Of a DNA stretch of 64,000 nt, positions 26,249 through 36,757 are shown piece after piece. The stretch is taken from NCBI GenBank assembly GCA_036679605.1, contig JAZDCZ010000398.1:88141-152140 (forward strand), in the 5' to 3' direction. The notes under the pieces were generated by a model. That model worked only from the letters and a program-made list of their open reading frames with translations, did not search any database and had not been told where the DNA came from. How positions within the stretch are numbered: the first letter of the stretch is position 1; the number at the start of each line of letters is the position of its first letter. The translations under genes and the position numbers were made by a program. The stretch comes from Gemmatimonadota bacterium (lineage in GTDB: Bacteria > Gemmatimonadota > Gemmatimonadetes > Gemmatimonadales > GWC2-71-9).

Positions 26249-27489
26249 AGTTTCGAGTCTTCCTATTCGACAACGAAGTTGGCGCGCTTACCACCGAGCG
26301 CGGTCGACTGGAATTCAAATACATCGACACGGCCATCGACGATGCCGGCATCCCTCCGGTGTCGATTCGTCTTCCCAAGCGTAGCGAATCGTACGGTGAC
26401 AACGAGACGCGTGCGTTCTTTGAGAACCTGCTTCCAGAAGAGCAATACCGTCGGCTCATCGCCAGCGCCCTCCGAATATCCGAAACCAACACAGCAGGCC
26501 TACTCGGCGCGATCGGCGGCGAGTGCGCGGGCGCCGTTTCCGTATGGCCCTCCGACACGTCACGGGAGACCGAGCCGCGTTATCGCACCTTGAGCGACGA
26601 TGACCTGCGCGATCTCTTCGCCGTACCAGACGACCCGAGCCTCACCGCAGCGCAGCGCGAGGGAAGAATCTCCTTAGCCGGCGCTCAGGCCAAACTTACT
26701 CTCCGGCGGGACGGACAAGCCTGGCGTCTACCAACTAACGGTTCGCCTGCGTCTCACATTCTGAAACGCACACGGTTCGGTATCCCATACCTGGTCGAGA
26801 ACGAGTTCTTCTGCATGCGATTGGCCACTGCGGCCGGGCTCCCGGTACCCGAAGTCGACTATCTGGACGTGGGCGTCCCGCTCCTCATGATCCGCCGATT
26901 CGACAGAGTGGAGGAGCAAGGCGTCATTCGCCGCATACATCAAGAGGACTTCTGCCAGGCTACGGGAACCGTACCCGCCAGCAAGTACGAGGCCGAGGGT
27001 GGTCCCGGGCTCGCGTCGTGCGCCGCTGTCATCCGTCAACACAGTGGCCTGCCGATCGCCGACCTTAGGCTGCTGGTCCGCTGGGTCGCATTCAACTATT
27101 TGATCGGGAACGAGGACGCACACGCAAAGAACTTGGCACTACTCTACACCGATGACGGCCTGCGTGTGGCGCCGTTTTACGATCTCGTCTCCAGCATCGT
27201 GTACCGGGAATTGACTCGGAAGGCGGCGATGAGCATTGGCGGTGAACGGCGCTATTTCTATGTCGAGCGCCGTCATTGGGAGCGCTGTGCCGACGCAATG
27301 GAATTGGCGTTCAAAGTCGTTCGGCGCGTCGTGCTGGAGAGCGCCGAGTTGGTAGAGCAATCTATGGATATGGTACAGCAAGACGCAGCTACGGCGTTCG
27401 GGTCGCTCGAATTGATCGACACCATTCTCGAGGGAACGCGTCGGCGAGTTGCGGCGGTGCGGGCGGGTCTGGGTGCCATCTCAAGTTGA
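26245..27489 (+). CDS. hipA: HipA-family Ser/Thr kinase toxin
   Basis: AFFENLLPE, ISLAGAQAK, HQEDFCQ, GNEDAHAKN, APFYD. Confidence 0.95.
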   Translation: MKFRVFLFDNEVGALTTERGRLEFKYIDTAIDDAGIPPVSIRLPKRSESYGDNETRAFFENLLPEEQYRRLIASALRISETNTAGLLGAIGGECAGAVSVWPSDTSRETEPRYRTLSDDDLRDLFAVPDDPSLTAAQREGRISLAGAQAKLTLRRDGQAWRLPTNGSPASHILKRTRFGIPYLVENEFFCMRLATAAGLPVPEVDYLDVGVPLLMIRRFDRVEEQGVIRRIHQEDFCQATGTVPASKYEAEGGPGLASCAAVIRQHSGLPIADLRLLVRWVAFNYLIGNEDAHAKNLALLYTDDGLRVAPFYDLVSSIVYRELTRKAAMSIGGERRYFYVERRHWERCADAMELAFKVVRRVVLESAELVEQSMDMVQQDAATAFGSLELIDTILEGTRRRVAAVRAGLGAISS

Positions 27490-27625
27490 CAACATCAAGG
27501 CTGGAACGCGGTGAGAGCGGCGGTACGGTCGAGACATTGGCGGGCGATCTTGGCGGCGCTGGACATCAGCCTAAGTCAGTTCTGCAGACCGTTCAAAGAG
27601 CTTGTGAGGCCGAGGATGCCACGCC
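27490..27625 (+). pseudogene. Frameshifted XRE helix-turn-helix remnant
   Basis: SRLERGESGGTVETLA in one frame, ILAALDISLSQF in another; no N-terminus. Confidence 0.55.
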
Positions 27626-28237
27626 ACAGGTAGGAGCGGGGTAGTATGAGACGGTGTCCAGGTGAGTGTAGTAGATTGGCTCGCCGAGGCGACTACGTTG
27701 TCAGCGAAATGGGTCGATGCACGGAATGGCAAGAATGACTAGAGAAACGTCGTTCACGGCTCTCGTCAAGACCGGAAGCGCACTACATAGTGCTCGTCGA
27801 ACTCACCGCGCGATAGGCGGGCTTTGCATGGGGAACCTCGTACTCGGCACGATGGCCCATGGTGACCTCTCGCGGCGCAATGTGAGGTTAATCTAGGTCC
27901 GTTCTGAGCCGGCGGAAGCGCGCATCGTGAGCCAAGTACCTTGGCGCGGGCCTTCCTCCGCATGGTAAGGCATGGTGCAAGTTACAAAGCGTTACCTCTA
28001 CAATACAAATGCCGTGAACGGGCAAATTGTTACATAGGCGAGCAAAAAAGTTCGGAAACCAACTTCGGTGAGTGCCCCAAAAAAACAGAAGCGAGCCATA
28101 GCGAGCGCGGCTGCCCTATCCCATGCGTTCCATTCATTTGGTAAGCTCGCTATCACGTCGTTCTTGTGGTAACTGCCCGTTTTTCGTGCATTGTGTGCAC
28201 GGAGGTGCGTGCAGTTCACCCTTTCTCGGTGTTTCTT

Positions 28238-28262
28238 GGGGTTCGACTCCCCGCGCCTCCAT
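28238..28262 (+). repeat. attR core (copy of the tmRNA 3' end)
   Basis: Identical to 20716-20740. Confidence 0.95.
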
Positions 28263-28278
28263 CAGTATCGAATAGATA

Positions 28279-28320
28279 GCCCGTCTCTCCGGGGTCGTTT
28301 TCCGGGAGGGCGGGTTTTTT
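28279..28320 (+). terminator. Intrinsic terminator downstream of attR
   Basis: gcccgtctctccgg / ccgggagggcgggt stem plus T6. Confidence 0.8.
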
Positions 28321-28392
28321 ATGGAAATATTATGTAGAGATCATGAACCAGGGGACGGCATCGTCTGCAACGGACGGCAGATAAGTGATCAC

Positions 28393-28488
28393 ATGGCAAA
28401 ACAGAAACCAAAACTTGAACTGACCTGGATCGGGAAGGAGAATCGGCGCCCCGATCAACCTTGTGTGGAAAAGCTCCTAAGACACTAG
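28393..28488 (+). pseudogene. N-terminal stub resembling a type III R-M Mod methyltransferase
   Basis: MAKQKPKLELTWIGKENR matches the recalled Mod N-terminus KLELTWIGK; stops after 31 codons. Confidence 0.6.
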
Positions 28489-28625
28489 ATTAGGCAGATG
28501 TGCTGTCTTATGGTAATCCGCTAATCAATTGTGGTGTAACCATTTGACACTGGTCATATAACAATTTACATGATGTGTGGAACACGGTGTAGATAGGCTG
28601 TGGATGCCCCACAGGATTATCCACA
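28464..28625. promoter_or_regulatory. Cluster of DnaA-box-like sites in an AT-rich intergenic region
   Basis: ttatccaca 28617-28625; tgtggaaaa 28464-28472; degenerate tgtggaaca 28576-28584 and tgtggatgc 28599-28607. Confidence 0.5.
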
Positions 28626-28662
28626 CGCCTAGATGGAGCTTGCGGAATTCTAGTTGGAAAGG

Positions 28663-31296
28663 TCAGCTGGCTTGCGCTGCTTGGGCCGCTGCCAGGCGGG
28701 CTATCGGGACTCGAAACGGCGAGCAGGAGACGTAGTTGAGGCCCAGCCGATGGCAGAACGCCACCGAGCGCGGGTCCCCGCCGTGCTCGCCACAGATGCC
28801 GATCTTGAGCCCTGGTTTCTTGCCTTTCCCCAATTCGACCGCTATTTGCACCAGCTTGCCCACCCCCCGCTCATCCATGGTCTGGAACGGATCGTCATCG
28901 AGGATTCCCAATTCTAGATACTTTGACAAAAACCGGCCGGAATCGTCCCTGGACACCCCACAGGTGGTCTGAGTCAGGTCGTTGGTCCCAAACGAAAAGA
29001 AATCGGACACCTCGGCGATCTCGTCAGCGGTCAGTGCCGCCCGCGGGAGTTCGATCATAGTCCCCACCAGGTAGTCCACCCGGCATTTGGTCTCTGAGAA
29101 GACCTGTTCTGCCGTCTGACGCACCAGGTCGGACTGGAGTCTCAGCTCCTCACGGTGTGCCACAAGCGGCACCATGACCTCCGGATGCACCTCGACTCCG
29201 CTGGCCGAAGCCTCGCAGGCGGCCTCGAAGATCGCCCGAGACTGCATTTCCGTGATCTCCGGGTATGTGATGCCCAGTCGGCAGCCCCTGTGGCCCAGCA
29301 TCGGGTTCGTCTCGGTGAGCACATCAACACGGTTTTCGATAGTGCTGAGGGGGACGCCCAACTGAGCGGCGATCTCCTCCAGCTCTGCCGTCTCCCTCGG
29401 CAGAAACTCGTGTAACGGTGGGTCGAGCAGCCGGATCGTGACCGGCAACCCATCCATCGCCCGAAAGATCCCCACAAAATCCTGGCGTTGCATCGGGAGG
29501 AGCTTTCCTAGCGCCGCCTTTCTGCCGTCGAGCCCGGTTGCCAGGATCATCTCGCGCATGACAGATATTCGCCCGTCCTGGAAAAACATGTGCTCGGTGC
29601 GGCAAAGCCCTATTCCCTCTGCCCCGAAGGCCCGTGCTCGCTCCGCGTCGGCCGGCGTGTCTGCATTGGCTCTCACCCGGAGCAGCCGAGCATCATCGGC
29701 CCAGCTCATTAGCTTCTCGAACTCGGGGCTCGATTCAGGCTGCACCAACGGCACCCTACCGGCCAAGACCCTGCCCGTGGATCCATCGACACTGATCCAC
29801 TCGCCCTCGCGTATGGTGGTTCCGTTAACTGAGAAGCAGCGACCCTGTTCATCTACGTTTAGCTCCCTTGCGCCGGCAACACAACACTTGCCCATGCCAC
29901 GCGCCACTACCGCGGCGTGACTGGTCATTCCGCCACGCGACGTCAAGATCGCCTTGGCGGCGACCATTCCATGGAAGTCGTCCGGGCTGGTCTCTCGCCG
30001 AACCAACACCACATCCTCACCCGCCTTGGCCATCTCAGCGGCCAATGTGGCATCGAAGACAACCTGGCCCACGGCGGCTCCCGGCGAGGCGGGCAACCCG
30101 GTGGTCAACACAACCGCGTTCGCGGTGGGATCGATCGTGGGGTGAAGCAGTTGGTCCAACTGCGCCGGAGCTATTCGCGCGAGAGCCGTCTGCCGGTCGA
30201 TGAGACCCTCGGTCTCGACCATCTCAACCGCTACCCGAATGGCTGCCGCGGCCGAACGCTTGGCGGTACGTGTTTGCAACAGATAAAGAGTTCCGCGCTC
30301 GACTGTAAACTCTATGTCCTGCATGTCGCGGTAATGTTGCTCGAGCAACTCGCGAGTACGCTGTAGTTCGCGGTAGGTTTCGGGCAGCAGATCGGCCATT
30401 CTCGCGATCGGTTCCGGGTTGCGAATGCCGGCCACCACATCTTCACCCTGCGCGTTCATGAGAAATTCACCGAAGAGTTCGTTCTCGCCGGTAGATGGAT
30501 GCCGGGTGAACACGACGCCGGTCCCGGAATCATTTCCCATATTTCCGTAGACCATAGACACAACGCTCACGGCCGTACCGAGATCCTCCGGAATACGATT
30601 CAGCTGTCTGTAGTCGATCGCACGTCGCGTATTCCAACTACCGAACACGGCCTCGATTGCGCCCCAAAGCTGCAGCCAGGGATCTTCGGGGAAGGGAGCA
30701 CCCGTTTCGCGCTCGACAATTGCCTGGAACTCCTCTACAAGTCCCTTGAGGTCGCCAGCCTTCAGGTCAGCGTCCGATTCGGTTCCGCGTTCTCGTTTGA
30801 GGCAGTCGAGAGCCGCCTCGAACGGATTGACTTCCGCGGACGAATCGCCAATTCCAAAAACAACCTCCGCATACATTTGCAGAAAACGACGATATGAGTC
30901 CCAAGCGAACCAGTCGTTGCACGATTGAGCAGCTAGGCCTTGGACCGTCGAGTCGTTGAGTCCAAGATCGAGAATCGTATCCATCATTCCGGGCATCGAT
31001 ACCTCGCTACCGGAACGGACTGATACCAGCAAAGGGTCAGCAGGATTCCCGAACCCGCGTCCAGCCGCAATCTCCAACTTTTCCATGGCCGCTTCGACTT
31101 CACGGCGCACCTCGTCGGCGATCTTGCCGGACTCTATGTACTTGGTGCACAGCTTTGCCGAGATTGTGAATCCCGGTGGTACTCGCACACCAAGGTTGGT
31201 CATTTCGGCTAGGTTAGCACCCTTTCCCCCCAACAGCTCTGCCATGCCGGCGTCACCGTCGGCCTTCCCGTTGCCGAAAAAAAATACGTTCTTCAT
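28663..31296 (-). CDS. ppdK: Pyruvate, phosphate dikinase
   Basis: LGGKGANLAEM, GGMTSHAAVVARG, GLCRTEHMF, FSFGTNDLTQ, GICGEHGGDP. Confidence 0.98.
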   Translation of the reverse strand: MKNVFFFGNGKADGDAGMAELLGGKGANLAEMTNLGVRVPPGFTISAKLCTKYIESGKIADEVRREVEAAMEKLEIAAGRGFGNPADPLLVSVRSGSEVSMPGMMDTILDLGLNDSTVQGLAAQSCNDWFAWDSYRRFLQMYAEVVFGIGDSSAEVNPFEAALDCLKRERGTESDADLKAGDLKGLVEEFQAIVERETGAPFPEDPWLQLWGAIEAVFGSWNTRRAIDYRQLNRIPEDLGTAVSVVSMVYGNMGNDSGTGVVFTRHPSTGENELFGEFLMNAQGEDVVAGIRNPEPIARMADLLPETYRELQRTRELLEQHYRDMQDIEFTVERGTLYLLQTRTAKRSAAAAIRVAVEMVETEGLIDRQTALARIAPAQLDQLLHPTIDPTANAVVLTTGLPASPGAAVGQVVFDATLAAEMAKAGEDVVLVRRETSPDDFHGMVAAKAILTSRGGMTSHAAVVARGMGKCCVAGARELNVDEQGRCFSVNGTTIREGEWISVDGSTGRVLAGRVPLVQPESSPEFEKLMSWADDARLLRVRANADTPADAERARAFGAEGIGLCRTEHMFFQDGRISVMREMILATGLDGRKAALGKLLPMQRQDFVGIFRAMDGLPVTIRLLDPPLHEFLPRETAELEEIAAQLGVPLSTIENRVDVLTETNPMLGHRGCRLGITYPEITEMQSRAIFEAACEASASGVEVHPEVMVPLVAHREELRLQSDLVRQTAEQVFSETKCRVDYLVGTMIELPRAALTADEIAEVSDFFSFGTNDLTQTTCGVSRDDSGRFLSKYLELGILDDDPFQTMDERGVGKLVQIAVELGKGKKPGLKIGICGEHGGDPRSVAFCHRLGLNYVSCSPFRVPIARLAAAQAAQAS

Positions 31297-31304
31297 GAAG
31301 GCCC

Positions 31305-32702
31305 TCAGACCATGGTTACGTCCACGAACTGTGCGTCCTCGGCTTGCTCTTTGTTCTCCGGGGCCACGATGGGATAATCTCCCGAGAAACAGGCATCGCA
31401 AAACTGATGCCCGTCGCTGCCGCAGGCGCCAAGCATGCCTTCCAGCGAGAGATATCCCAGCGTATCTACGCCGAGCTGCTCCCGAATCTCCTCTACCGAG
31501 TAGTTCGCTGCGATCAGCTCGGCGCGGGTGGGTGTATCGATACCGTAGACGCAGGGCCCCGTGATCGGAGCGGACGCGATCCGCATGTGGACCTCCGAAG
31601 CTCCGGCCCTGCGAATCATTTGTACCAGACTACGTGAAGTCGTGCCTCGCACCAATGAATCATCCACTACGACCACGCGTTTGCCCTCGATAACTTGGCG
31701 AACGGGGTTGAACTTGATCCTGACTTTTTCGGTGCGCGAGGCTTGCCCAGGATTTATGAACGTGCGTCCGACGTAGTGATTCCGGATCAGGCCGTGCTCG
31801 AGCTTGATGCCGCTCTCCTCCGAGTAGCCGAGTGCCATCGCGTTCGATGAGTCGGGGACTGCGAAGACGCAGTCCGCTTCCGGAGCCGGGTGCTCTCGGG
31901 CGAGTTGCCTACCCAGATTGCGACGGGCGCGATCGACCGACTGTCCGAAGACCACGCTGTCCGGACGCGAGAAATAAATCAACTCGAAGACGCAACGCTT
32001 GTGGGGTTTCTTGGCAAGGGGAGGGAGGTCTGTAACATGTCCGTCCTTGATCTTGATCCATTCTCCCGGCTGCAGTTCCCGTATGAGTTTGGCCCCAAGG
32101 ATGTCCAGCGCGCACGTTTCCGATGCCAGCAGCCATCCGTCGCCCAATTGGCCGAGGACCAGCGGCCGAAAGCCGAGCGGGTCTACTATGCCGAAGAGTG
32201 TGCGGCCCACAGTCAGGACAAGCGAATACGCCCCTTCAACTCTCTCGAGTGCGTCGAGGATCTGGTCCTCAACAGCGCGCGCATCCGACCGCGCAATTAG
32301 GTGAACGATTACCTCAGAGTCGGACGAAGACCTGAAAATGGAACCCGTGCCGACGAGATCGTCGCGCAGGGCATTGGCGTTCGTCAGATTGCCGTTGTGC
32401 GCCAACGAGAGTGGACCATCATGGTAATGAACGAGTCCGGGCTGAGCGTTCGCGAGCACCGAACTGCCGGTGGTCGAATAGCGCGTGTGACCAATGGCGA
32501 TGTCACCCGGCAGGTCCGCAAGGATCCGCGCAGGGAACAGCTCGGGAACAAGCCCCATTCCCCGGTGACCGCGCGCTATGCCTTCGTGATCGATTGCGAC
32601 GATGCCGGCCGACTCTTGACCGCGATGCTGCAGCGCATACAGGCCGAGGTAGGCGAGTTCGGCCGCCTTCTCAACACCCGAGACACCGAGGACGCCGCAC
32701 AC
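31305..32702 (-). CDS. purF: Amidophosphoribosyltransferase
   Basis: MCG, QHRGQES, VDDSLVRGTT. Confidence 0.97.
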   Translation of the reverse strand: MCGVLGVSGVEKAAELAYLGLYALQHRGQESAGIVAIDHEGIARGHRGMGLVPELFPARILADLPGDIAIGHTRYSTTGSSVLANAQPGLVHYHDGPLSLAHNGNLTNANALRDDLVGTGSIFRSSSDSEVIVHLIARSDARAVEDQILDALERVEGAYSLVLTVGRTLFGIVDPLGFRPLVLGQLGDGWLLASETCALDILGAKLIRELQPGEWIKIKDGHVTDLPPLAKKPHKRCVFELIYFSRPDSVVFGQSVDRARRNLGRQLAREHPAPEADCVFAVPDSSNAMALGYSEESGIKLEHGLIRNHYVGRTFINPGQASRTEKVRIKFNPVRQVIEGKRVVVVDDSLVRGTTSRSLVQMIRRAGASEVHMRIASAPITGPCVYGIDTPTRAELIAANYSVEEIREQLGVDTLGYLSLEGMLGACGSDGHQFCDACFSGDYPIVAPENKEQAEDAQFVDVTMV

Positions 32703-32704
32703 GG

Positions 32705-34990
32705 TTAGGCAGGCTCCGCTGTCGAAGTGAGTTCCATGCGGGAGGGGATCGCCTGCATGTACACCTCCCGCAATGCCGTCGTCGATAACGTAAGTGTGGT
32801 ATCCGCGGTAACGATCTCCAGAGAGCCCGTCGATTCACCTACTGTGCCGATTCTGGACGCGGCCAAGTCGTGCTGTGCGGCAACACCCAACACAGCGTCC
32901 AGGTGTTCAGGCGCTAGGCTGATCAAAGCTCTGCTGTGGTCTTCGGCGAAGAGAACGGCGCTGGCCGGCAGGGTCCCTTGGATGGGTCTCAAATCGAGAC
33001 TAGCGCCCACGGTTTCCTTCTGGTAAGGGTCTCCCATACAGCATTCCGCTATTGCTACAGCCAATCCACCGTCGGAAAGATCTCTAGCGCTCGATACCAG
33101 GCGACGGGCTGCTAGCAAGATCAAGACGGTTATGAGTCTCTGCTCGGCATCGAGGTCTACATGCGGCGGCCTGCCGCCAACGGTGTCTAGTACGTACTCC
33201 CAATATGCCGAACCGCCGAGATGGCCTTGTGTAGTGCCAAGTAGAACCACCGCGTCGCCGCTGGCTCTGAACTGAGATGTAACGGCAACCGTCACATCTT
33301 CCAGCATCCCTATCATCCCGACCACCGGCGTTGGGTATACCGGACCGCTAGGGCTTTCGTTGTAGAACGATACGTTCCCGCCGGTAACCGGCGTGTCGAG
33401 TTTACGACACGCCTCGGCCATTCCGCGACAGGCTTCTCGGAATTGATAGAATACCTCTGGTTTTTCAGGAGTACCAAAATTGAGACAGTTAGTTATTCCA
33501 ATGGGTGTAGCACCCGTGCAAGCAACGTTGCGGGCGGCTTCCGCCACGGCTGCCTTACCGCCCTCGAAGGGGTCGAGCAAGACGTAGCGCGAATTGCAAT
33601 CGGTCGAGGCCGCGATTCCGAGTGTCGTTCCTGGTATCACGATCACCCCTGCGTCGCCGCCGGGGCCGAACACGGTTCCGGCTTGGACCGTCGAGTCATA
33701 CTGTTCGTGGACCCACCGCTTGCTTCCCAGAGTGGGGGAATCCAAGAGCTGGAGCAGAGCTTTCTCCGGGCTAACATCTACGGCAGTCGGACTGATGTTC
33801 CTGCGAACCTCCGCCTCGGTTTCCTCGGTGGCCTCCGGCTGATAGAGGGGGCAATCCTCTATCAGTCGCTGGCCCGGGATCTCTGCAACCGTCAGGTCGC
33901 CGTGTTTGATTCGGTAGAGTCCATCGTCTGTGACTGTCCCAATCGCCACCGCTTCCAGCTCCCACTTTGTCGCGATGTCCTGTACCTCCTGCACACGATC
34001 GTGCAGCGCCACAACCAACATTCGCTCCTGTGATTCTGACAGCAGAATCTCGTACGGCGTCATGTCGGGTTCGCGAGTGGGCACCAGGGCAGTGTCGATT
34101 TCAACACCCATTCCTCCCCTTGCCGCCATCTCGGCGGAGGACGATGTCAGACCTGCGGCGCCCATGTCTTGAATCGCCACTATATGACCCGATGCGATCA
34201 ACTCGAGGCTGGCTTCGAGTAGCAGTTTCTCCGTGAATGGATCACCTACTTGGACTTGTGGGCGCCGTTGTTCGCTTTGTGCGGAGAGTTCCTCCGAGGC
34301 AAACGAAGCACCATGAATTCCATCGCGACCGGTGCGACTTCCTACCGTAAGCAGCACGTTGCCGGCGCCGGTAGCGCTCGCGCGGATCAAGTCCTTCTCT
34401 TGTAGCACACCGATGCACATAGCGTTGATCAGCGGGTTTCCGCTATACGCTGATGAGAAACAGACCTCCCCTCCAACAGTCGGCACACCCATGCAATTGC
34501 CGTAGTCACCGATTCCACGCACGGCTCCTGAAAGGAGGTAGCGGTTCCGTGGATCTGTGAGCGGGCCGAAACGTAGGCTGTTGAGCAGTGCAACCGGTTT
34601 GGCACCCATGGTGAACACATCTCGCAGGATCCCGCCAACTCCAGTGGCTGCGCCCTGGTAGGGCTCAACTGCAGTCGGGTGATTGTGCGATTCTATTTTG
34701 AACGCGACGGCCCAGCCGTCTCGGAGTCGGAGAACACCGGCATTCTCTCCCGGTCCCTGAATGACGCGGTCGCCCTCTGTCGGAAACAGTTTGAGGATCG
34801 GGCGGGAGTGTTTGTACGAACAGTGCTCACTCCACAGAGCTGAGAAGATACCTAGCTCCGTAAAAGTGGGAGTTCGTCCTAGCATGCGTTCGATCAACTC
34901 GAACTCGGCAGAGTTGAGGCCGTGATGGCGAACTTCATCATCGGTGACCGGCGGATCGCCAGGATAACCCTGGGCGTGAGTTGCTCTCAT
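32705..34990 (-). CDS. purL: FGAM synthase large subunit
   Basis: [24 protein letters not shown]. Confidence 0.97.
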   Translation of the reverse strand: MRATHAQGYPGDPPVTDDEVRHHGLNSAEFELIERMLGRTPTFTELGIFSALWSEHCSYKHSRPILKLFPTEGDRVIQGPGENAGVLRLRDGWAVAFKIESHNHPTAVEPYQGAATGVGGILRDVFTMGAKPVALLNSLRFGPLTDPRNRYLLSGAVRGIGDYGNCMGVPTVGGEVCFSSAYSGNPLINAMCIGVLQEKDLIRASATGAGNVLLTVGSRTGRDGIHGASFASEELSAQSEQRRPQVQVGDPFTEKLLLEASLELIASGHIVAIQDMGAAGLTSSSAEMAARGGMGVEIDTALVPTREPDMTPYEILLSESQERMLVVALHDRVQEVQDIATKWELEAVAIGTVTDDGLYRIKHGDLTVAEIPGQRLIEDCPLYQPEATEETEAEVRRNISPTAVDVSPEKALLQLLDSPTLGSKRWVHEQYDSTVQAGTVFGPGGDAGVIVIPGTTLGIAASTDCNSRYVLLDPFEGGKAAVAEAARNVACTGATPIGITNCLNFGTPEKPEVFYQFREACRGMAEACRKLDTPVTGGNVSFYNESPSGPVYPTPVVGMIGMLEDVTVAVTSQFRASGDAVVLLGTTQGHLGGSAYWEYVLDTVGGRPPHVDLDAEQRLITVLILLAARRLVSSARDLSDGGLAVAIAECCMGDPYQKETVGASLDLRPIQGTLPASAVLFAEDHSRALISLAPEHLDAVLGVAAQHDLAASRIGTVGESTGSLEIVTADTTLTLSTTALREVYMQAIPSRMELTSTAEPA

Positions 34991-35012
34991 AGTGCCGCCA
35001 GCGGGAGCGGTG

Positions 35013-35318
35013 TCAGCTACTGCTGACACCGCGTAGGATGGATTTGAACAGGTCGGCAACCCCATGGTGGTCCTTGAACAACGTCTCGGCCTCTCTAGCA
35101 TCAAACCAGACGCCCTTGCATTCGTGGCAGCGGTCTACCTCGAGCCCGCTGTGATCTTCGATCGCGAGGTCGGAGCCGCACTTGGGACACTTCATATAGT
35201 GGCTCTGCCGCTCCTCACTGGTTCGCTCTTTTTGAGCTGTCTCCTTCCGCGCCTTCAGCAACTCGGCCTCGCGTTGGGCGAAGTATTCCTCTTCGTTTCT
35301 GCTCGGCTTGTCGGTCAT
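35013..35318 (-). CDS. zf-TFIIB-like zinc-ribbon protein
   Basis: NEEEYF, MKCPKCG...[12 protein letters not shown]. Confidence 0.8.
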   Translation of the reverse strand: MTDKPSRNEEEYFAQREAELLKARKETAQKERTSEERQSHYMKCPKCGSDLAIEDHSGLEVDRCHECKGVWFDAREAETLFKDHHGVADLFKSILRGVSSS

Positions 35319-35322
35319 CGGG

Positions 35323-35820
35323 TCAACCCATCGCTCCGACGGCACTGTCTGGTGCGGTAAACTCGGGCGCACGGTCCGGCGGAGAAGATGACACACCCGA
35401 GTACGTGTGCCCCCGGCCTCGAACGACTGCATCCACGACCTGGTTTCCCTGTAGGAAAACGATGTCGAAGGTGCCGCAAGAAATTTCGCAGCCGTTTCGG
35501 AAGTAGAGATAGGTCCAGTCACCTTCAGCGCGCTCAACGGCCGGCTCTCCCCAGGTCGCGATTACGTCCTCGCGCGACATACCAGGGTCAACCGTGCCGG
35601 TGGCCGTGGGTACCCAGGGTTCCTCTTCACCTTCCGTACGCACAACCCGTGTAGTGAATGCAGGTTGGGGAGCTGGTGTGGGATCGGGCGTAGTCGCAGC
35701 CGGCTGGGTCTCGGCCTGCGGCTCGGCAGCCTGATCGTCGGCCGGTGGTGGCGCTTCCTCCTTGTTGCATCCCGACAGTGCAATGGCTAAGATCGTAAAC
35801 GTAAGAGTTGGGCGTATCAT
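35323..35820 (-). CDS. Lipoprotein with SmpA/BamE-like domain
   Basis: LSGC lipobox; GMSREDVIATWGEP. Confidence 0.7.
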   Translation of the reverse strand: MIRPTLTFTILAIALSGCNKEEAPPPADDQAAEPQAETQPAATTPDPTPAPQPAFTTRVVRTEGEEEPWVPTATGTVDPGMSREDVIATWGEPAVERAEGDWTYLYFRNGCEISCGTFDIVFLQGNQVVDAVVRGRGHTYSGVSSSPPDRAPEFTAPDSAVGAMG

Positions 35821-36500
35821 CTTGCGGCTCCTCCGAAGAGTTCAACGGCATGCATCATCGAATTGAAGACATCTGCTCCGTCAGTACGACCGACGGCAGG
35901 GTCTGCCGCGCGTTCCGGGTGTGGCATTATGCCCACCACTGTGCGCTCGGCGTTTGTTATCCCGGCGATATCGTTGAGTGATCCGTTCGGGTTCTCTCCA
36001 AAATAGCGTAGCACGACTCGCTCGTCGTTTTCGAGCTGCTCGATCACCTCCGGGTGCGCCACGTAGCGTCCCTCTCCGTGCGCAACGGGCAACTGTAAGA
36101 TAGCGCCCTTTTCGTAAGCGGAGGTGAAGGGGGTGTCGGTAGACTCTACCCTCACGGACACTGGCCGTGAGACGAACCTAAGGTCGGCGTTCCGCATCAA
36201 AGCCCCCGGGAGGAGTCGGGCTTCACAGAGCACCTGAAATCCATTGCATATGCCAAATACCATACCCCCTGCGGTGACATGATCGTAAACCGCCGGCATG
36301 ACCTCACTAAACCGCGCAATGGCGCCGGCGCGCAGATAATCGCCGTACGAGAAACCACCTGGAATAATCACGACATCGGCGTCGGCCAGGTCACTCTCCC
36401 GATGCCATACATAGTATGCATTGGCACCGGCACTGGTAGCAGCCCTTAGCGTCTCAGCGTCGCAGTTCGATCCGGGAAACCGTATTACAGCTACCTTCAT
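35817..36500 (-). CDS. purQ: FGAM synthase glutaminase subunit
   Basis: FPGSNCD, GGFSYGDYLR, GICNGFQ, MPHPER. Confidence 0.97.
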   Translation of the reverse strand: MKVAVIRFPGSNCDAETLRAATSAGANAYYVWHRESDLADADVVIIPGGFSYGDYLRAGAIARFSEVMPAVYDHVTAGGMVFGICNGFQVLCEARLLPGALMRNADLRFVSRPVSVRVESTDTPFTSAYEKGAILQLPVAHGEGRYVAHPEVIEQLENDERVVLRYFGENPNGSLNDIAGITNAERTVVGIMPHPERAADPAVGRTDGADVFNSMMHAVELFGGAAR

Positions 36501-36757
36501 GAATTGGTCTTCCGCACCGAAAGCGTAAAGTCTTCGGTTACTGGGTTGGCCAGAAACTTCTCACACATTGCACGCGCGTCGTGTTCGGCATCTTCCATAC
36601 TGTCGCGCTCGATCTGTACGGTGAGGGCCTTCCCGATCCTCACGTCGTTGACGGGAGAAAATCCGAGCGATGTAAGAGCATGTTCCACTGCTCGGCCCTG
36701 TGGGTCGAGCAGGGTCGCACGCGGCATGATGCGCAATTCAACCTCAAACTGTGCCAT
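36497..36757 (-). CDS. purS: FGAM synthase subunit PurS
   Basis: LDPQG, VRIGK, LANPVTE. Confidence 0.93.
   Translation of the reverse strand: MAQFEVELRIMPRATLLDPQGRAVEHALTSLGFSPVNDVRIGKALTVQIERDSMEDAEHDARAMCEKFLANPVTEDFTLSVRKTNS

Larger units (their letters stand above)
20741..28262. mobile_element. Genomic island integrated at the tmRNA 3' end, no integrase visible
   Basis: 25-bp direct repeats; accessory cargo (regulator, lipoproteins, hipBA). Confidence 0.85.

Noticed and set aside
27480..27492. ctcaagttgacaa, a 13-bp match to the IS6 left end (reverse complement) at the hipA stop
   Set aside because: The terminal bases of the inverted repeat (tacc) are missing and no other IS sequence is present; it may be chance.
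28238..28262. tRNA-like T-arm suggesting a tRNA gene
   Set aside because: It is only the 3' 25 bp of ssrA, with no D-arm or anticodon arm; better explained as attR.
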